This document shows, one piece after another, positions 21,082 through 31,393 of a DNA stretch of 51,821 bases. Numbering within the stretch: the first letter of the stretch is position 1; every line of letters begins with the position of its first letter. The notes beneath the pieces were generated by a model. The model worked only from the letters and a program-made list of their open reading frames with translations, did no database searches and had not been told where the DNA came from. A program made the translations under genes and the position numbers. The stretch comes from Beijerinckiaceae bacterium (GTDB taxonomy: Bacteria; Pseudomonadota; Alphaproteobacteria; Rhizobiales; Beijerinckiaceae), in assembly GCA_022702015.1 (NCBI GenBank), contig JAKONI010000109.1, forward strand, positions 1-51,821, written 5' to 3'.

Positions 21082-21332
21082 GGGGCGACTCCGATCCTGC
21101 TGAGAAAGTCGCGTGCGTCGCGAACTTGATACCGTTTTGCCTCCTTGGCCGGATGTGGGCGGTGAAACGACGCCACCACACCACCGCACTCGAATCTCAC
21201 CCGCGAGTCAGCTCCCTCCACCACGCGGCAGCCCACCGCGACAAGCAGAGCCTCGATTGCCTGCCACTCGATCTGTGGCGACACGGGATCGGAAAAGACG
21301 GCGCGCAGCGTCCTGGCGTGACGGCTGTCCAT
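21078..21332 (-). CDS. hicA: HicA toxin
   Basis: H.RTL.AVF..P....IEW..IEALL, EG..SRVRF, FHRPHP.KEAK.YQVR; ATGA overlap with hicB. Confidence 0.92.
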   Translation of the reverse strand: MDSRHARTLRAVFSDPVSPQIEWQAIEALLVAVGCRVVEGADSRVRFECGGVVASFHRPHPAKEAKRYQVRDARDFLSRIGVAP

Positions 21333-21384
21333 GCCAGCAAAATGTGATGGCATGTCAGTGGCTGCAAGCATAAACTGCTTGCAG
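21330..21384. promoter_or_regulatory. hicAB operator region with two inverted repeats
   Basis: catgcca-N11-tggcatg (21330-21354) and ctgcaagca-taaac-tgcttgcag (21362-21384). Confidence 0.65.
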
Positions 21385-21395
21385 TACGGCACCGC

Positions 21396-21947
21396 TTACA
21401 GCCCCTTCAGGAACCCCGCCAGCCGCATCAACCCCTCGGGCCAGGGGCCGTGCCCGCTCGCGACGTTGATGTGGCCCGATTCGCCGGCATCGACCAGGAG
21501 GGATCCCCAGGCATGGGCGAAGTCGTCGGCGCGGTCGTACGCGCAATGCGGATCGGTGCGACTCGCCACCACCAGGGACGGGAAGGGCAGGGGGTCCCGG
21601 GGCACCGGGGCGAAGGTCCGAACCGTATCGGGGAGGTTCGGGGCTTCCTCCACGTCGGGGAGGGCCACGAACAGTGCGCCGCGCACCACGCCCTCGGGAA
21701 GGCGCGGCACCGCCTCGACGCAAGCCAGGACGCCGAGGCTGTGGGCGATCAGGATGACCGGGCGGGTGGCCTGAGCCACCGCCTCCGCGACGCGGCCGCA
21801 CCAGGCGTCCCGGTCGGGGGCGTGCCAGTCCTCCTGGGTGACGACCCGGGCGGTGGTGAGGCGGCTCGCCCAGCGGGTCTGCCAGTGCTCCTCGCCGGAG
21901 CCCCCGAGTCCGGGCACAATCAGGATGTCGCAATCGGCGGTCTTCAT
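21396..21947 (-). CDS. RBBP9/YdeN-family alpha/beta hydrolase
   Basis: VPGLGGSG..HWQ..W, AHSLG, ASRTDP, GHIN..SGHGPWPEG. Confidence 0.92.
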   Translation of the reverse strand: MKTADCDILIVPGLGGSGEEHWQTRWASRLTTARVVTQEDWHAPDRDAWCGRVAEAVAQATRPVILIAHSLGVLACVEAVPRLPEGVVRGALFVALPDVEEAPNLPDTVRTFAPVPRDPLPFPSLVVASRTDPHCAYDRADDFAHAWGSLLVDAGESGHINVASGHGPWPEGLMRLAGFLKGL

Positions 21948-21990
21948 CGCGCTGAGGACTACCGCCCCGGGCCGCGTCCGTCGAGGTTCC

Positions 21991-23055
21991 TCATGCCGCC
22001 TCGGACTCCCGCTGGGCGAGGATATGCGCGGCGATCTGCATGGAGGCGAGGTTCTTCGACTTGGCCTCGATCTCGAAATCGGTCCAGGCGAGGTGCCGGG
22101 CAACGAGGTCGTTGATGGCCGCGTTCCACATCAGGTCCGAGTGGGCGGCGAGGTCGCGCACGGAATTCCCCGCCTCGCGCAGGGCGGCGAAGTCCGGCAG
22201 CAGGCCGGGATCGCAGGCGGCGGTGGCCGTCTCCCGCGAGACGCTGATATGCGCCACCGGCCGCACACCGCGCCACGACGCGATCACCCGGGCGATCCGG
22301 GGATCGTTCGGCTCCAGGTACTCGCCGCCGCTCTGGACCCAATGGTGGTGGAGATCCAGCACCACCGGCACGAGGTCGGCGAGGCGCAGCACCTCATCGA
22401 GGCCGAACAGGTTCTCGTCGTTCTCCACGGTCACGAGGTCCCGGGCGAGGCGGCTTGCCCGGGGCAGGGTCTCACGGAAGCCCGCCACGCCGGGGTCGCC
22501 CGCGCCCACGTGGATGTTGATGTGGGCGCCGTGCGGGTGCCAGCCGTCGCCGTAGCCCATCAGGCCGAACAGCTCGGCGTGGTAATCGAGTTCGGACAGG
22601 CCGTTCTCGATCGCCGCCGGGTTGCGGCTGGCGATCAGGCAGAACGGGCCGGGATGGAAGCTCAGCCGCACCCCGAGGCTGCGCGCCAGCGCCCCCGCCT
22701 CGGCGAGGCCCTTGTCGACGGTCCTGCGCAGGGACGGCTCGTCGTAGAGGGCCTTCACGGAGAGGTGGGTGTAGCCCGGCAGCACGTTGCTCCCCATCCG
22801 CAGCAACCTCTCCAGGGGCGGCCGGGCGCCGACCCAGGCGATCTGGCGGGAGAGGATCGTGAGGTTGTGCTCCACCACCTCGGTGAGCTTGGCCCGGCGC
22901 GCCACCGGATCGAGCTTGGCGAGGTGGGCCATGGTGACGGTGGTGAGGTTCATGGCCCGGGTCGCCTCCCGCGCCGCCTTGAGCGTGGGATGGGTGCCGG
23001 GGGGCTCATCGAGGATGAAGGTGCAGCAGAATCCAAGGCGCGGAGGGGAGGTCAT
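21991..23055 (-). CDS. uvsE: UV damage endonuclease (UvdE/UvsE)
   Basis: LGFCC, RLSFHPGPF, NIHVG, TVENDE, LDLHHHW, AHSD, EIEAKSKNLA. Confidence 0.92.
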   Translation of the reverse strand: MTSPPRLGFCCTFILDEPPGTHPTLKAAREATRAMNLTTVTMAHLAKLDPVARRAKLTEVVEHNLTILSRQIAWVGARPPLERLLRMGSNVLPGYTHLSVKALYDEPSLRRTVDKGLAEAGALARSLGVRLSFHPGPFCLIASRNPAAIENGLSELDYHAELFGLMGYGDGWHPHGAHINIHVGAGDPGVAGFRETLPRASRLARDLVTVENDENLFGLDEVLRLADLVPVVLDLHHHWVQSGGEYLEPNDPRIARVIASWRGVRPVAHISVSRETATAACDPGLLPDFAALREAGNSVRDLAAHSDLMWNAAINDLVARHLAWTDFEIEAKSKNLASMQIAAHILAQRESEAA

Positions 23056-23122
23056 CGGGGGGCTGGCTTCACGTGGCATCCGGGCACAACGCGCCAGGAC
23101 GCATTCGGTCACCACCCCACGC

Positions 23123-23147
23123 GGAACGGCGGCGCGGGGCCGACGTT
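23123..23147 (+). promoter_or_regulatory. sigma-EcfG promoter, perfect GGAAC-N16-CGTT
   Basis: Exact consensus 55 nt upstream of the YihY gene. Confidence 0.7.
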
Positions 23148-23202
23148 TGAGCCTGGAGAGCGTGGCAATACCGCCCGCGCCTCCTCCCCGGCCCCGACCG
23201 CG

Positions 23203-24378
23203 ATGCCTGCCCACGCCCCCCGCCCGAGCGGACCGCCCGATTCAGGCTCGACCCTCTGGATCCTGATGCTCGGCACGGCGCTGGTCGCCCTGTCTGTGGC
23301 CCCCTTCCGCCGCACGGCCTCCCCCGCGTCGCCCGGGACCGGGCCGGCGCTGCCGCCGGGCCGGCTTCGGGGCGGCAAGGACGAGGGCGGCGCCCGTTCC
23401 ATCGAGGGACGCGCCGCGCTGCTCACGGCCGCGACCCAGCCCGAGCGCGGGCGCCACGCGAAGCACCCCACGGACATCCCCGCCTCCGGCTGGAAGGACA
23501 TCGCCGTCCGCGTCTTCCTCGAATTCAACAAGGACCGGGTGCTGGCCGTCGCGGCGGGGGTGACCTTCTACACGCTGTTGTCCCTGTTCCCCGGCATCGC
23601 CGCCCTCGTCACCCTGTACGGCCTGTTCGCCGACGCGAGCGCCATCAACGACCACTTGGCGCAGCTTCATTCGGTGCTGCCCTCGGGGGCGGTTGAGATC
23701 GTCGGCGACCAGGTGAAACGCATCGCGGCCAAGCCGAGCGGCACCCTCGGGCTCACCTTCTTCACCAGTCTCCTGATCTCGATCTGGAGCGCCAACGCCG
23801 CCATGAAGGCGATGTTCGACGCCCTGAACGTCGTCTACGAGGAGGAGGAGAAGCGGAACTTCTTCTTCCTCAACCTCCGGTCGCTGACCTTCACGGTGGG
23901 GGCGCTGATCTTCATCATCATCGCCCTCAATGCCATCGTGGTCGTGCCGGTGGCGCTGAACTTCCTCGGCCTCGGCTCCGAGGCGTGGCTGATCGCCACC
24001 CTGCGCTGGCCGGCGCTGTTCCTCGTGATCCTCGGGGCTCTCTCGGTCCTCTACCGGTTCGGCCCGAGCCGGAACTACGCCCGTTGGCGTTGGGTGGGAG
24101 TCGGGAGTCTGGTCGCGGGTCTGCTCTGGCTCGTCGCGTCCCTGCTGTTTTCCTGGTACGTGTCGAACTTCGGGACCTACAACGAGACCTACGGCTCGCT
24201 GGGCGCCGTGATCGGCTTCATGACCTGGATCTGGATTTCCTCGACGATCGTCCTCGTCGGGGGCGAGATCAACGCCGAGATCGAGCATCAGACCGGGCAC
24301 GACACGACCACCGGCCAGCCACTGCCGTTGGGCACGAGGCAAGCCCGGATGGCCGATACGGTCGGCGCGGCGGCCTGA
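23203..24378 (+). CDS. YihY/BrkB-family inner membrane protein
   Basis: [41 protein letters not shown]. Confidence 0.92.
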   Translation: MPAHAPRPSGPPDSGSTLWILMLGTALVALSVAPFRRTASPASPGTGPALPPGRLRGGKDEGGARSIEGRAALLTAATQPERGRHAKHPTDIPASGWKDIAVRVFLEFNKDRVLAVAAGVTFYTLLSLFPGIAALVTLYGLFADASAINDHLAQLHSVLPSGAVEIVGDQVKRIAAKPSGTLGLTFFTSLLISIWSANAAMKAMFDALNVVYEEEEKRNFFFLNLRSLTFTVGALIFIIIALNAIVVVPVALNFLGLGSEAWLIATLRWPALFLVILGALSVLYRFGPSRNYARWRWVGVGSLVAGLLWLVASLLFSWYVSNFGTYNETYGSLGAVIGFMTWIWISSTIVLVGGEINAEIEHQTGHDTTTGQPLPLGTRQARMADTVGAAA

Positions 24379-24402
24379 CCGGGGGCGAAGGCCTTCCTAT
24401 AT
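24374..24402 (+). promoter_or_regulatory. Possible RpoH-type promoter (CCTG-N18-CCTATAT) for msrB
   Basis: Good -10 match, weak -35 match. Confidence 0.35.
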
Positions 24403-24422
24403 CAGTGCGGAAGGAGAAACCC

Positions 24423-24827
24423 ATGTCCGATACGAGCACCGTCCCCGAGGCTGTCAGCGACAACGAGTGGCGCGCCCGCCTCACCCCCGATCAGTACCGT
24501 GTCCTACGGGAGCACGGCACCGAGCGGGCCGGCACCTCGTGCCTGCTCGCGGAGAAGCGGGCGGGCACCTTCGCCTGCGCCGGCTGCGGCCAGCCCCTGT
24601 TCGAGCAGGGCACCAAGTTCGAGTCCGGCACCGGCTGGCCGAGCTTCTTCGCCCCCCTCGACGGGGCGGTGGAGACGACGACCGACCGCAGCTTCGGGAT
24701 GCGGCGGACCGAGGTCCACTGCGCCCGGTGCAAGGGCCATCTCGGCCATGTCTTCGAGGATGGCCCCGCCCCGACCGGGCTGCGCTACTGCATGAACGGC
24801 GCCGCGCTCGCCTTCGAGCCAGCCTAA
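24423..24827 (+). CDS. msrB: Peptide methionine (R)-sulfoxide reductase
   Basis: [36 protein letters not shown]; AAGGAG RBS. Confidence 0.97.
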   Translation: MSDTSTVPEAVSDNEWRARLTPDQYRVLREHGTERAGTSCLLAEKRAGTFACAGCGQPLFEQGTKFESGTGWPSFFAPLDGAVETTTDRSFGMRRTEVHCARCKGHLGHVFEDGPAPTGLRYCMNGAALAFEPA

Positions 24828-25137
24828 GGCCACCCGTCCTCCGGTGGGGCGAGGAGTGGGGATCATGGGGAAACTCACCCCCGCGCACCTCCACCGGAGG
24901 GGCGATGGCCTTGATTTCGACGACATTCTGCGTAGTCGCTCTATGAACTCAGGTCGTCGTCAATCGTGAACCGCCGAGGGAACTGATCGAGTTCGAATCT
25001 TCGAGGCAGCGTGGCAGTTTCCACGGTGCCGGATCGGACGGCTCGACTTGCTCTCAACTCGGCGTTTCGAACATGACCGGACAGGTTAGCCGTTCCCAGG
25101 CGTGCCGCCGGACCGAGCGGGAGGAGTGAAGAGGCCC

Positions 25138-26115
25138 ATGAGTGTCATCCGCAGGTTCCTCATCGCCCCGGCCCTGGTCCGCCTGATCCGCAAGGAGCGG
25201 GGCGGCGGCCGGATCACCGAAGGCCATTTCGCCCCCCAGGGCGGACGGGCCTCCTACGTACGGGTCGATGGCCAGGCGTGCCAGCTCGTCCTCGTGAACG
25301 GCGGCGTCGAGGAGCGGACCGATGTGCCCCGCGCCCATGGCGACGCCCTGCTCGACGTCTGCCCCGGCAAAGCGGCCTACGACCGTACCACCCTCACGGC
25401 CTCGGGCCGCGAGATCCTGATCGACCGGTACGTCACCCCCGGCGGCCTCGACCTCGTGAGCGTCGCCTTCGACGACGGGGACCAGGCGGCCGCCTTCTCC
25501 ACGCCGACGTGGTTCGGCCGTGAGGTGACGGACGATACGGCCTTCGAGCGGTCCGCGCTGGCGATCCAGGGCATCCCCGCCACCGGCGACATGACCCTCA
25601 CCAACGCCGCCCTCGACGCGGTGCTGGACCTGATCGAGCCGCGCTTCGGCTTCAGCCGCTACGGCGTGTCGCCCCGGACGGGCGAGGGCGAAGGCTCCGT
25701 CGGCGCCATGCGCCGCCCGGCTCCCGCCCCGGCGCCCGCCCCCGCCCCGGTGGCCGAATTCCACCGCCCCGAGCCGGAGGCCATTCCGGAGCCCGTGATC
25801 CCGGCCCCGGAGCCCGCCCCGGCCCCGGCGGAGGCGTCCGCCTTCGAGCCGGTCCAGCCGGAGCATGCCGAGGAGCCCGCCCACGCGGAGGCCCCGCAGC
25901 CTGAGACGCAGAACCGCCAGCCGGCGCAGGCCGCGTCCAGCCCGGCGGAGGCCGTCCACGGCGACGCGCGGATCGACGACGTGATCGAGAGCCTGTCGGC
26001 CGCTCTCGGCGCCGCGATCCACCAGAACCCGGCCCAGGCCGAGAAGAAGGAAGACCCGGGCACGGTCTTCGAGCGCTGGACCGTCCGCCCCCGGCGCACG
26101 CAGACCCAGGGCTGA
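25138..26115 (+). CDS. Degenerate CYTH-like domain with a Pro/Ala/Glu-rich disordered C-terminal tail
   Basis: RRFLI start, SYVRV, IDRY, P.WFGREVT.D motif typical of CYTH; ExExK motif absent. Confidence 0.7.
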   Translation: MSVIRRFLIAPALVRLIRKERGGGRITEGHFAPQGGRASYVRVDGQACQLVLVNGGVEERTDVPRAHGDALLDVCPGKAAYDRTTLTASGREILIDRYVTPGGLDLVSVAFDDGDQAAAFSTPTWFGREVTDDTAFERSALAIQGIPATGDMTLTNAALDAVLDLIEPRFGFSRYGVSPRTGEGEGSVGAMRRPAPAPAPAPAPVAEFHRPEPEAIPEPVIPAPEPAPAPAEASAFEPVQPEHAEEPAHAEAPQPETQNRQPAQAASSPAEAVHGDARIDDVIESLSAALGAAIHQNPAQAEKKEDPGTVFERWTVRPRRTQTQG

Positions 26116-26156
26116 GCCCGCGATCCCGGGGGCCGTCCAGGCGGTCCCCGGCCGGC

Positions 26157-26588
26157 TCAGTTGGCGATTTCGACGGCGGCCCCGCCGTGGCTCCGGGCGA
26201 GGTGGAAGAGCCGCGACGCATTGCCGGGCGAGAGGCGGATGCAGCCATGGCTCGCCCGCCGCCCAAGCGCTCCGGTGGCGTAGGTGCCATGGATGGCGTA
26301 GCCGCCCCGGAAGAACATTGCGTGCGGCATCGGGGAGCCGTGATACTTCCGGGAGCGCCACATCGGCGCCATCAGCCCGACCCTGAAGCGGCCGTTGGGC
26401 GTGACGAAGCCCCGCCGGGCGGTGGAGACCGGCCAATCATAGGCCGACCGGCCATCCACGATGACCTGCATCCGCTGCCGTCCCTGATCGATCCGGGCGA
26501 CGACCCCCGCGGCGGCGGGCCAGGCGGCGAACGTGCAGGCGAGCGCGACGCCGGAGACGGCGCCGCGAAGCCACGGGGTCGTGTTCAT
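26157..26588 (-). CDS. L,D-transpeptidase (YkuD domain), secreted
   Basis: WPVSTAR, YAIHGT, ASHGCIRL, signal peptide. Confidence 0.92.
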   Translation of the reverse strand: MNTTPWLRGAVSGVALACTFAAWPAAAGVVARIDQGRQRMQVIVDGRSAYDWPVSTARRGFVTPNGRFRVGLMAPMWRSRKYHGSPMPHAMFFRGGYAIHGTYATGALGRRASHGCIRLSPGNASRLFHLARSHGGAAVEIAN

Positions 26589-26837
26589 TTCGATCACCGA
26601 ATACTGTCGGATTGACCGGGAAAACACTGGCGGGATGCGCCGTGTCTTCGGTCGGGCGAGATCAACAGAATGACCGGACACGGCGGCCGCGTCGAAGGTG
26701 GCGCTCGGCCAATCGACAGGTTTTTGTCACGCTCGTCGGGATTAGGATTACCGAACCACCGTTGAGGCCGCCGCGGATTGCCGCTAGCAAGGCCGATAGG
26801 GGAGACGCGCGACGACGGCGCGAGGGGAATTAACGAC

Positions 26838-28214
26838 ATGGCTCAGGCGATTCAGGGGTCCGGGGGCACGACCGCCACCACGAAAGAGCCGTGGTACAAG
26901 GTGCTCTACATCCAGGTGCTGATTGCCATCGCGCTGGGCGTGCTGCTGGGCTGGTATGATCCGGCCACCGGCAAGGCGATGAAGTGGCTCGGCGACGCCT
27001 TCATCGCCCTCATCAAGATGATGATCGCGCCGATCATCTTCTGCACCATCGTCCACGGCATCGCCTCGATCGGCGACCTCAAGAAGGTCGGCCGCGTCGG
27101 CCTCAAGGCCCTCGTGTACTTCGAGGTGGTCTCCACCGTGGCGCTGCTGATCGGCGTGCTGGTGGGCGAGATCATCCGGCCGGGCGCCGGCTTCAACGCC
27201 GACCCGTCGAAGCTCGATGCCAGCAAGGTCGCGAGCTACGCCAACAAGGCCGCCGCCGACTCCACCGTCGCCCACATCCTGTCGATCATCCCCAAGAGCT
27301 TCCTCGATCCCTTCGCCACGGGCGACTTGCTCCAGGTGCTGCTGATCTCGATCCTCACCGGCGTGGTGGTGACGGGGCTCGGCGCGAGGGCGAAGGGCGT
27401 CAACGATGCCATCGACACGGCCGGGCAGATCTTCTTCCGCATCATCGGCATCATCGTGAAGCTCGCCCCCGTGGGCGCCTTCGGCGCGATGGCCTTCACC
27501 ATCGGCGAGTACGGCATCGGCAAGGTCTACGACCTCGCATGGCTGGTGGGGACGTTCTACGTCACCTCGATCCTGTTCGTGCTCGTGGTCCTCGGCACCA
27601 TCGCCAAGTTCGCCGGGTTCTCGATCCTGCGCTTCCTCGCCTACATCAAGGACGAGTTGCTCATCGTCCTCGGCACCTCCTCCTCGGAGACGGTGCTGCC
27701 GCAGCTGATGACCAAGATGCGGCGTCTGGGGGCTTCGGACTCGGTCGTCGGCCTCGTCGTGCCGACCGGGTACTCGTTCAACCTCGACGGCACCAACATC
27801 TACATGACGCTGGCCACCCTGTTCCTCGCCCAGGCGGTGGGGGCGGACCTGACGGTCGGCCAGTACGTCACCATCATCCTCGTGGCGATGCTGACCTCGA
27901 AGGGCGCGTCGGGCGTCACCGGGGCGGGCTTCATTACCCTGGCGGCGACGCTCGCGGCGATCCCGAACAACCCGGTGCCGGTGGCGGCGATGACCCTGGT
28001 GCTCGGCATCGACAAGTTCATGTCCGAGTGCCGGGCGCTCACCAACCTCGTCGGCAACGGCGTGGCCTGCGTCGTCATCAGCCGGTGGGAGGGCGAGCTC
28101 GACACCGCCAAGCTGAACGAGGTGATGGCCCATCCCGTCGCCATCGGCACCCACATCACCGACGAGACGCCCCAGCCCATGGGCACCGACGGCAAGGTCG
28201 CCGCCGCGGAGTGA
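26838..28214 (+). CDS. dctA: C4-dicarboxylate:cation symporter
   Basis: [59 protein letters not shown]. Confidence 0.95.
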   Translation: MAQAIQGSGGTTATTKEPWYKVLYIQVLIAIALGVLLGWYDPATGKAMKWLGDAFIALIKMMIAPIIFCTIVHGIASIGDLKKVGRVGLKALVYFEVVSTVALLIGVLVGEIIRPGAGFNADPSKLDASKVASYANKAAADSTVAHILSIIPKSFLDPFATGDLLQVLLISILTGVVVTGLGARAKGVNDAIDTAGQIFFRIIGIIVKLAPVGAFGAMAFTIGEYGIGKVYDLAWLVGTFYVTSILFVLVVLGTIAKFAGFSILRFLAYIKDELLIVLGTSSSETVLPQLMTKMRRLGASDSVVGLVVPTGYSFNLDGTNIYMTLATLFLAQAVGADLTVGQYVTIILVAMLTSKGASGVTGAGFITLAATLAAIPNNPVPVAAMTLVLGIDKFMSECRALTNLVGNGVACVVISRWEGELDTAKLNEVMAHPVAIGTHITDETPQPMGTDGKVAAAE

Positions 28215-29155
28215 CCTCCGCGCGCGCACGGCCTGAGGCACGGCTTGGGGCACGGCTTGGGATCGACCTCGGCGGCACCAAGATCGCCGGTGTCGTGCTG
28301 GGGGCGGACGGGGCGCGCCTCGCGCAGGCGCGGGTCCCGGCCCCTCAGGGAGATTACGGGGCGACCGTCCGGGCGGTGGCGGACCTCGTACTCCGGCTGG
28401 AAGGGGAGACCGGGCGGCCCTGCACCGTCGGGGTGGGGATGCCGGGTAGCCTGTCGCCCGCAACGGGCCTGGTCCGCAACGCCAACTCCCATTGGCTCAA
28501 TGGCCATCCCTTCGGCGCCGCCCTGTCGGACCGGCTCGGGCGGGAGGTGCGGGTCGCCAACGATGCCGATTGCCTCGCGGTGTCGGAGGCGACGGACGGG
28601 GCGGGGGCCGGGGCCAAGGTGGTCTGGGCGATCATCCTCGGCACCGGGGTCGGCTCGGGCATCGCTTTGGACGGCCGCCTGCATCCGGGCCGCAACGGCA
28701 TCGCCGGGGAATGGGGCCACGGCCCCCTGCCGGCCCCCCGCGACGACGAGCGGCCGGGGCCCGCCTGCTACTGCGGCCGGCGGGGCTGCGTCGAAACCTG
28801 GATCTCGGGTCCCGGCCTCGCCGCAGACCACGCCCGCCGGCACGGGGGATCGCTCAAGGCGGAGGCGGTGGTGGAGGCGGCCCGTGTGGGTGATGCCGCC
28901 GCGCGGGCGAGCCTGTCCCTTCACCTCGACCGGCTGGGCCGGGCGGCGGCGCAGGTGGTCAACCTCCTCGACCCGGACGTGATCGTGATCGGCGGCGGCC
29001 TGTCGCGCATCCCCGAATTGATCGCCGGCCTGCCCGAAGCGATGCGTCCGCACATCTTCTCCGACGCCATCGACACCCCCGTCCGGGCGAGCCTGCACGG
29101 GGACGATTCCGGGGTGCGCGGGGCGGCGTGGCTATGGGGTGCCGAGGGGGCTTGA
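28211..29155 (+). CDS. ROK family sugar kinase (fructokinase/Mak-like)
   Basis: [39 protein letters not shown]; GTGA overlap with dctA. Confidence 0.92.
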   Translation: MTSARARPEARLGARLGIDLGGTKIAGVVLGADGARLAQARVPAPQGDYGATVRAVADLVLRLEGETGRPCTVGVGMPGSLSPATGLVRNANSHWLNGHPFGAALSDRLGREVRVANDADCLAVSEATDGAGAGAKVVWAIILGTGVGSGIALDGRLHPGRNGIAGEWGHGPLPAPRDDERPGPACYCGRRGCVETWISGPGLAADHARRHGGSLKAEAVVEAARVGDAAARASLSLHLDRLGRAAAQVVNLLDPDVIVIGGGLSRIPELIAGLPEAMRPHIFSDAIDTPVRASLHGDDSGVRGAAWLWGAEGA

Positions 29156-29461
29156 AGCCCGCCTGCGGGGTTCGCGGTATCACGGCCGGAGCGTTTTCCG
29201 GCAAACCCGAAGGGGCGATGCCGAGGCGTGACAGGGGCGGATACTCCCCCTCGTGCGATGGGGCCGGGATCGTTGCGGAATCGGCTTGGTGCCTCGATTC
29301 CACCGTCACCCTCAACCTGAAGTGCCGCCGAGAAGCGGGGGCTTCCCGGTCGAGCTCTCAGAATGGGGGCGAAGGCGGGAGGGATCTCGCAACGATCCCC
29401 TCCGGGGGAGAGGGAAAGCCGGACGGCCTCCGTCGCGATTTCGCCCCCCTCCCGCGAGGCA

Positions 29462-30511
29462 TCAGCCCAGAGCGTAAGCCTTGGCCAGGTCGGGGTCCTT
29501 CGCCGCCACGAGCTTGGCGAGGTCGACGATGACCTTTGCCTGTTTCCAGGTGGCGTCGTCCTGCATCTTGCCGTCGAGCATCACGGCGCCGGTGCCATCG
29601 GGCATGGCGGCGACGATCCGGGCGGCGAAAGCCACCTCGGCGGGGTCCGGGGCGAAGACCTTCTTGGCCAGCGCCACCTGGCTCGGATGCAGCGTCCAGG
29701 CCCCGGCGCAGCCCATGAGGAAGGCGTTGCGGAACTGGACCTCGCAGGCCGCACCATCGGAGAAGTCACCGAACGGGCCGTAGAACGCCTTGATGCCGTT
29801 GGCCATGCAGGCATCGACCATGCGGGCGATGGTGTAGTGCCAGAGGTCCTGCTGGGCGCTGACCCGGGGGGCCTCGCCGGCCGGGTCGGCGATGACGCGG
29901 TATTCCGGGTGGCCGCCGCCGACGCGGGTGGTCTTCATGCCCCGCGAGGCCGCGAGGTCGGCGGGACCGAGGCTCATGCCGTGCATCCGGGGGGAGGCGC
30001 AGGCGATGGAGTCGACGTTGGCCACGCCCTCGGCGGTCTCCAGGATGGCGTGGACGAGGATCGGCTTCTTCACCCCGTGCCGGGCCTCCAACTGGGCCAG
30101 GAGCTGGTCGATGTAGTGGATGTCCCACGGCCCCTCGACCTTGGGGACCATCACCACGTCGAGCTTGTTCCCGACCTCGGCGACGAGGGTGAACAGGTCG
30201 TCGAGAATCCACGGGGAGTTGAGGGCGTTGATCCGGGTCCACAGGCCGGTCCCGGTGGCGGCGAAGTCCGTGGCCTTGGCCATCGCCACGAAGCCCGTGC
30301 GGGCCGCCTCCTTCTGGTCGGCGGGGACCGCATCCTCCAGGTTGCCGAGCACCACGTCCACCGTGCCGGCCAGCTCCGGCACCCGGGCGCGGACCTTCTC
30401 GTTATGGGGGGGCACGAAGTGGATCATCCGTTCGAGCTTCACCGGAAGCTCCCGGAACGGGGCGGGCGCTCCCGTCGCGAGGGGCTGGAAGAAGCGGCGG
30501 GGCAGTTTCAT
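29462..30511 (-). CDS. mcl: Malyl-CoA/beta-methylmalyl-CoA lyase (Chloroflexus Mcl/MclA2-like, CitE superfamily)
   Basis: [58 protein letters not shown]. Confidence 0.88.
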   Translation of the reverse strand: MKLPRRFFQPLATGAPAPFRELPVKLERMIHFVPPHNEKVRARVPELAGTVDVVLGNLEDAVPADQKEAARTGFVAMAKATDFAATGTGLWTRINALNSPWILDDLFTLVAEVGNKLDVVMVPKVEGPWDIHYIDQLLAQLEARHGVKKPILVHAILETAEGVANVDSIACASPRMHGMSLGPADLAASRGMKTTRVGGGHPEYRVIADPAGEAPRVSAQQDLWHYTIARMVDACMANGIKAFYGPFGDFSDGAACEVQFRNAFLMGCAGAWTLHPSQVALAKKVFAPDPAEVAFAARIVAAMPDGTGAVMLDGKMQDDATWKQAKVIVDLAKLVAAKDPDLAKAYALG

Positions 30512-30582
30512 CGGCGGGCCTCCCATTTTGTCCCCGGGGTTATGGCATCGGCGGGGGCGAGGTAAAGCCGTGCTTTTGGGCT

Positions 30583-30597
30583 GTAACGTTTTGTGAC
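30583..30597 (+). promoter_or_regulatory. Possible OmpR/CpxR-type direct repeat GTAAC-N5-GTGAC
   Basis: 10-bp periodic repeat upstream of the response regulator. Confidence 0.35.
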
Positions 30598-30647
30598 GCC
30601 GGCGCTTCCGCCGTTGCCTGTCCGACGCGGGCGCCTATCCTGTCGGG

Positions 30648-31388
30648 ATGAACGAGGGCACCACGCTCGCCATCGTCGAGGACGATCCCGAAATCCGGGC
30701 CCTGCTCGCCGGCTTCCTGGAGGGGGAGGGCTTCCGCGTCGAATGCTTCGACGGCGGCGCGGCCCTGGACCGGCGGCTGGCCCATGGCCGTCCGCCGGAC
30801 CTCGTCGTCCTCGACTGGATGCTGCCCGGCGAGGACGGCCTTTCCATCTGCCGCCGCCTGCGGGACGCATGCGGGCCGCCGGTGGTGATGCTCACCGCCA
30901 AGGACGAGGACATCGACCGGGTGCTCGGGCTTGAGATGGGCGCGGACGACTACGTGTCGAAGCCGTTCAACCCCCGGGTGCTGCTGGCGCGGATCCGCGC
31001 GGTGCTGCGGCGGGCCAGGGGCGGGTCAGGCTCCGGGGTGGACGGTCCGGCCCAGCCGCGCCTGCGGGTAGCCGACCTCGTGGTCGATCCCGCCGCCCGC
31101 TCCGTCCATGCCACCGGGGAGGGCGGCGCCCGCCGGGAGGTGGTGCTGACGAGCGCGGAGTTCGACCTCCTGATGTGCTTCGTCACCCGCCCGCAGCGGG
31201 TGCTGTCGCGGGATCAGCTCCTCGACTGGACCCGGGGCCGGGTGGCCGACGTGTTCGACCGGACGATCGACGTGCAGGTCAGCCGCCTGCGCAAGAGACT
31301 GGACGAGGGCGGCAGCCAGCTTCCGGCCCTCATCAAGACGGTGCGCAACGCGGGCTACATCCTCGCCGCCCCGGTCGGACCGGCCTGA
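30648..31388 (+). CDS. OmpR-family response regulator
   Basis: VEDD, LDWMLPGEDG, GADDYVSKPF, DRTIDVQVSRLR, KTVRNAGY. Confidence 0.95.
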   Translation: MNEGTTLAIVEDDPEIRALLAGFLEGEGFRVECFDGGAALDRRLAHGRPPDLVVLDWMLPGEDGLSICRRLRDACGPPVVMLTAKDEDIDRVLGLEMGADDYVSKPFNPRVLLARIRAVLRRARGGSGSGVDGPAQPRLRVADLVVDPAARSVHATGEGGARREVVLTSAEFDLLMCFVTRPQRVLSRDQLLDWTRGRVADVFDRTIDVQVSRLRKRLDEGGSQLPALIKTVRNAGYILAAPVGPA

Positions 31389-31393
31389 CCGGG

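Noticed and set aside
21838-24378. Apparent 846-aa YihY fusion
   Set aside because: The N-terminal part is the antisense of uvsE; a promoter and ATG at 23123-23203 mark the real start
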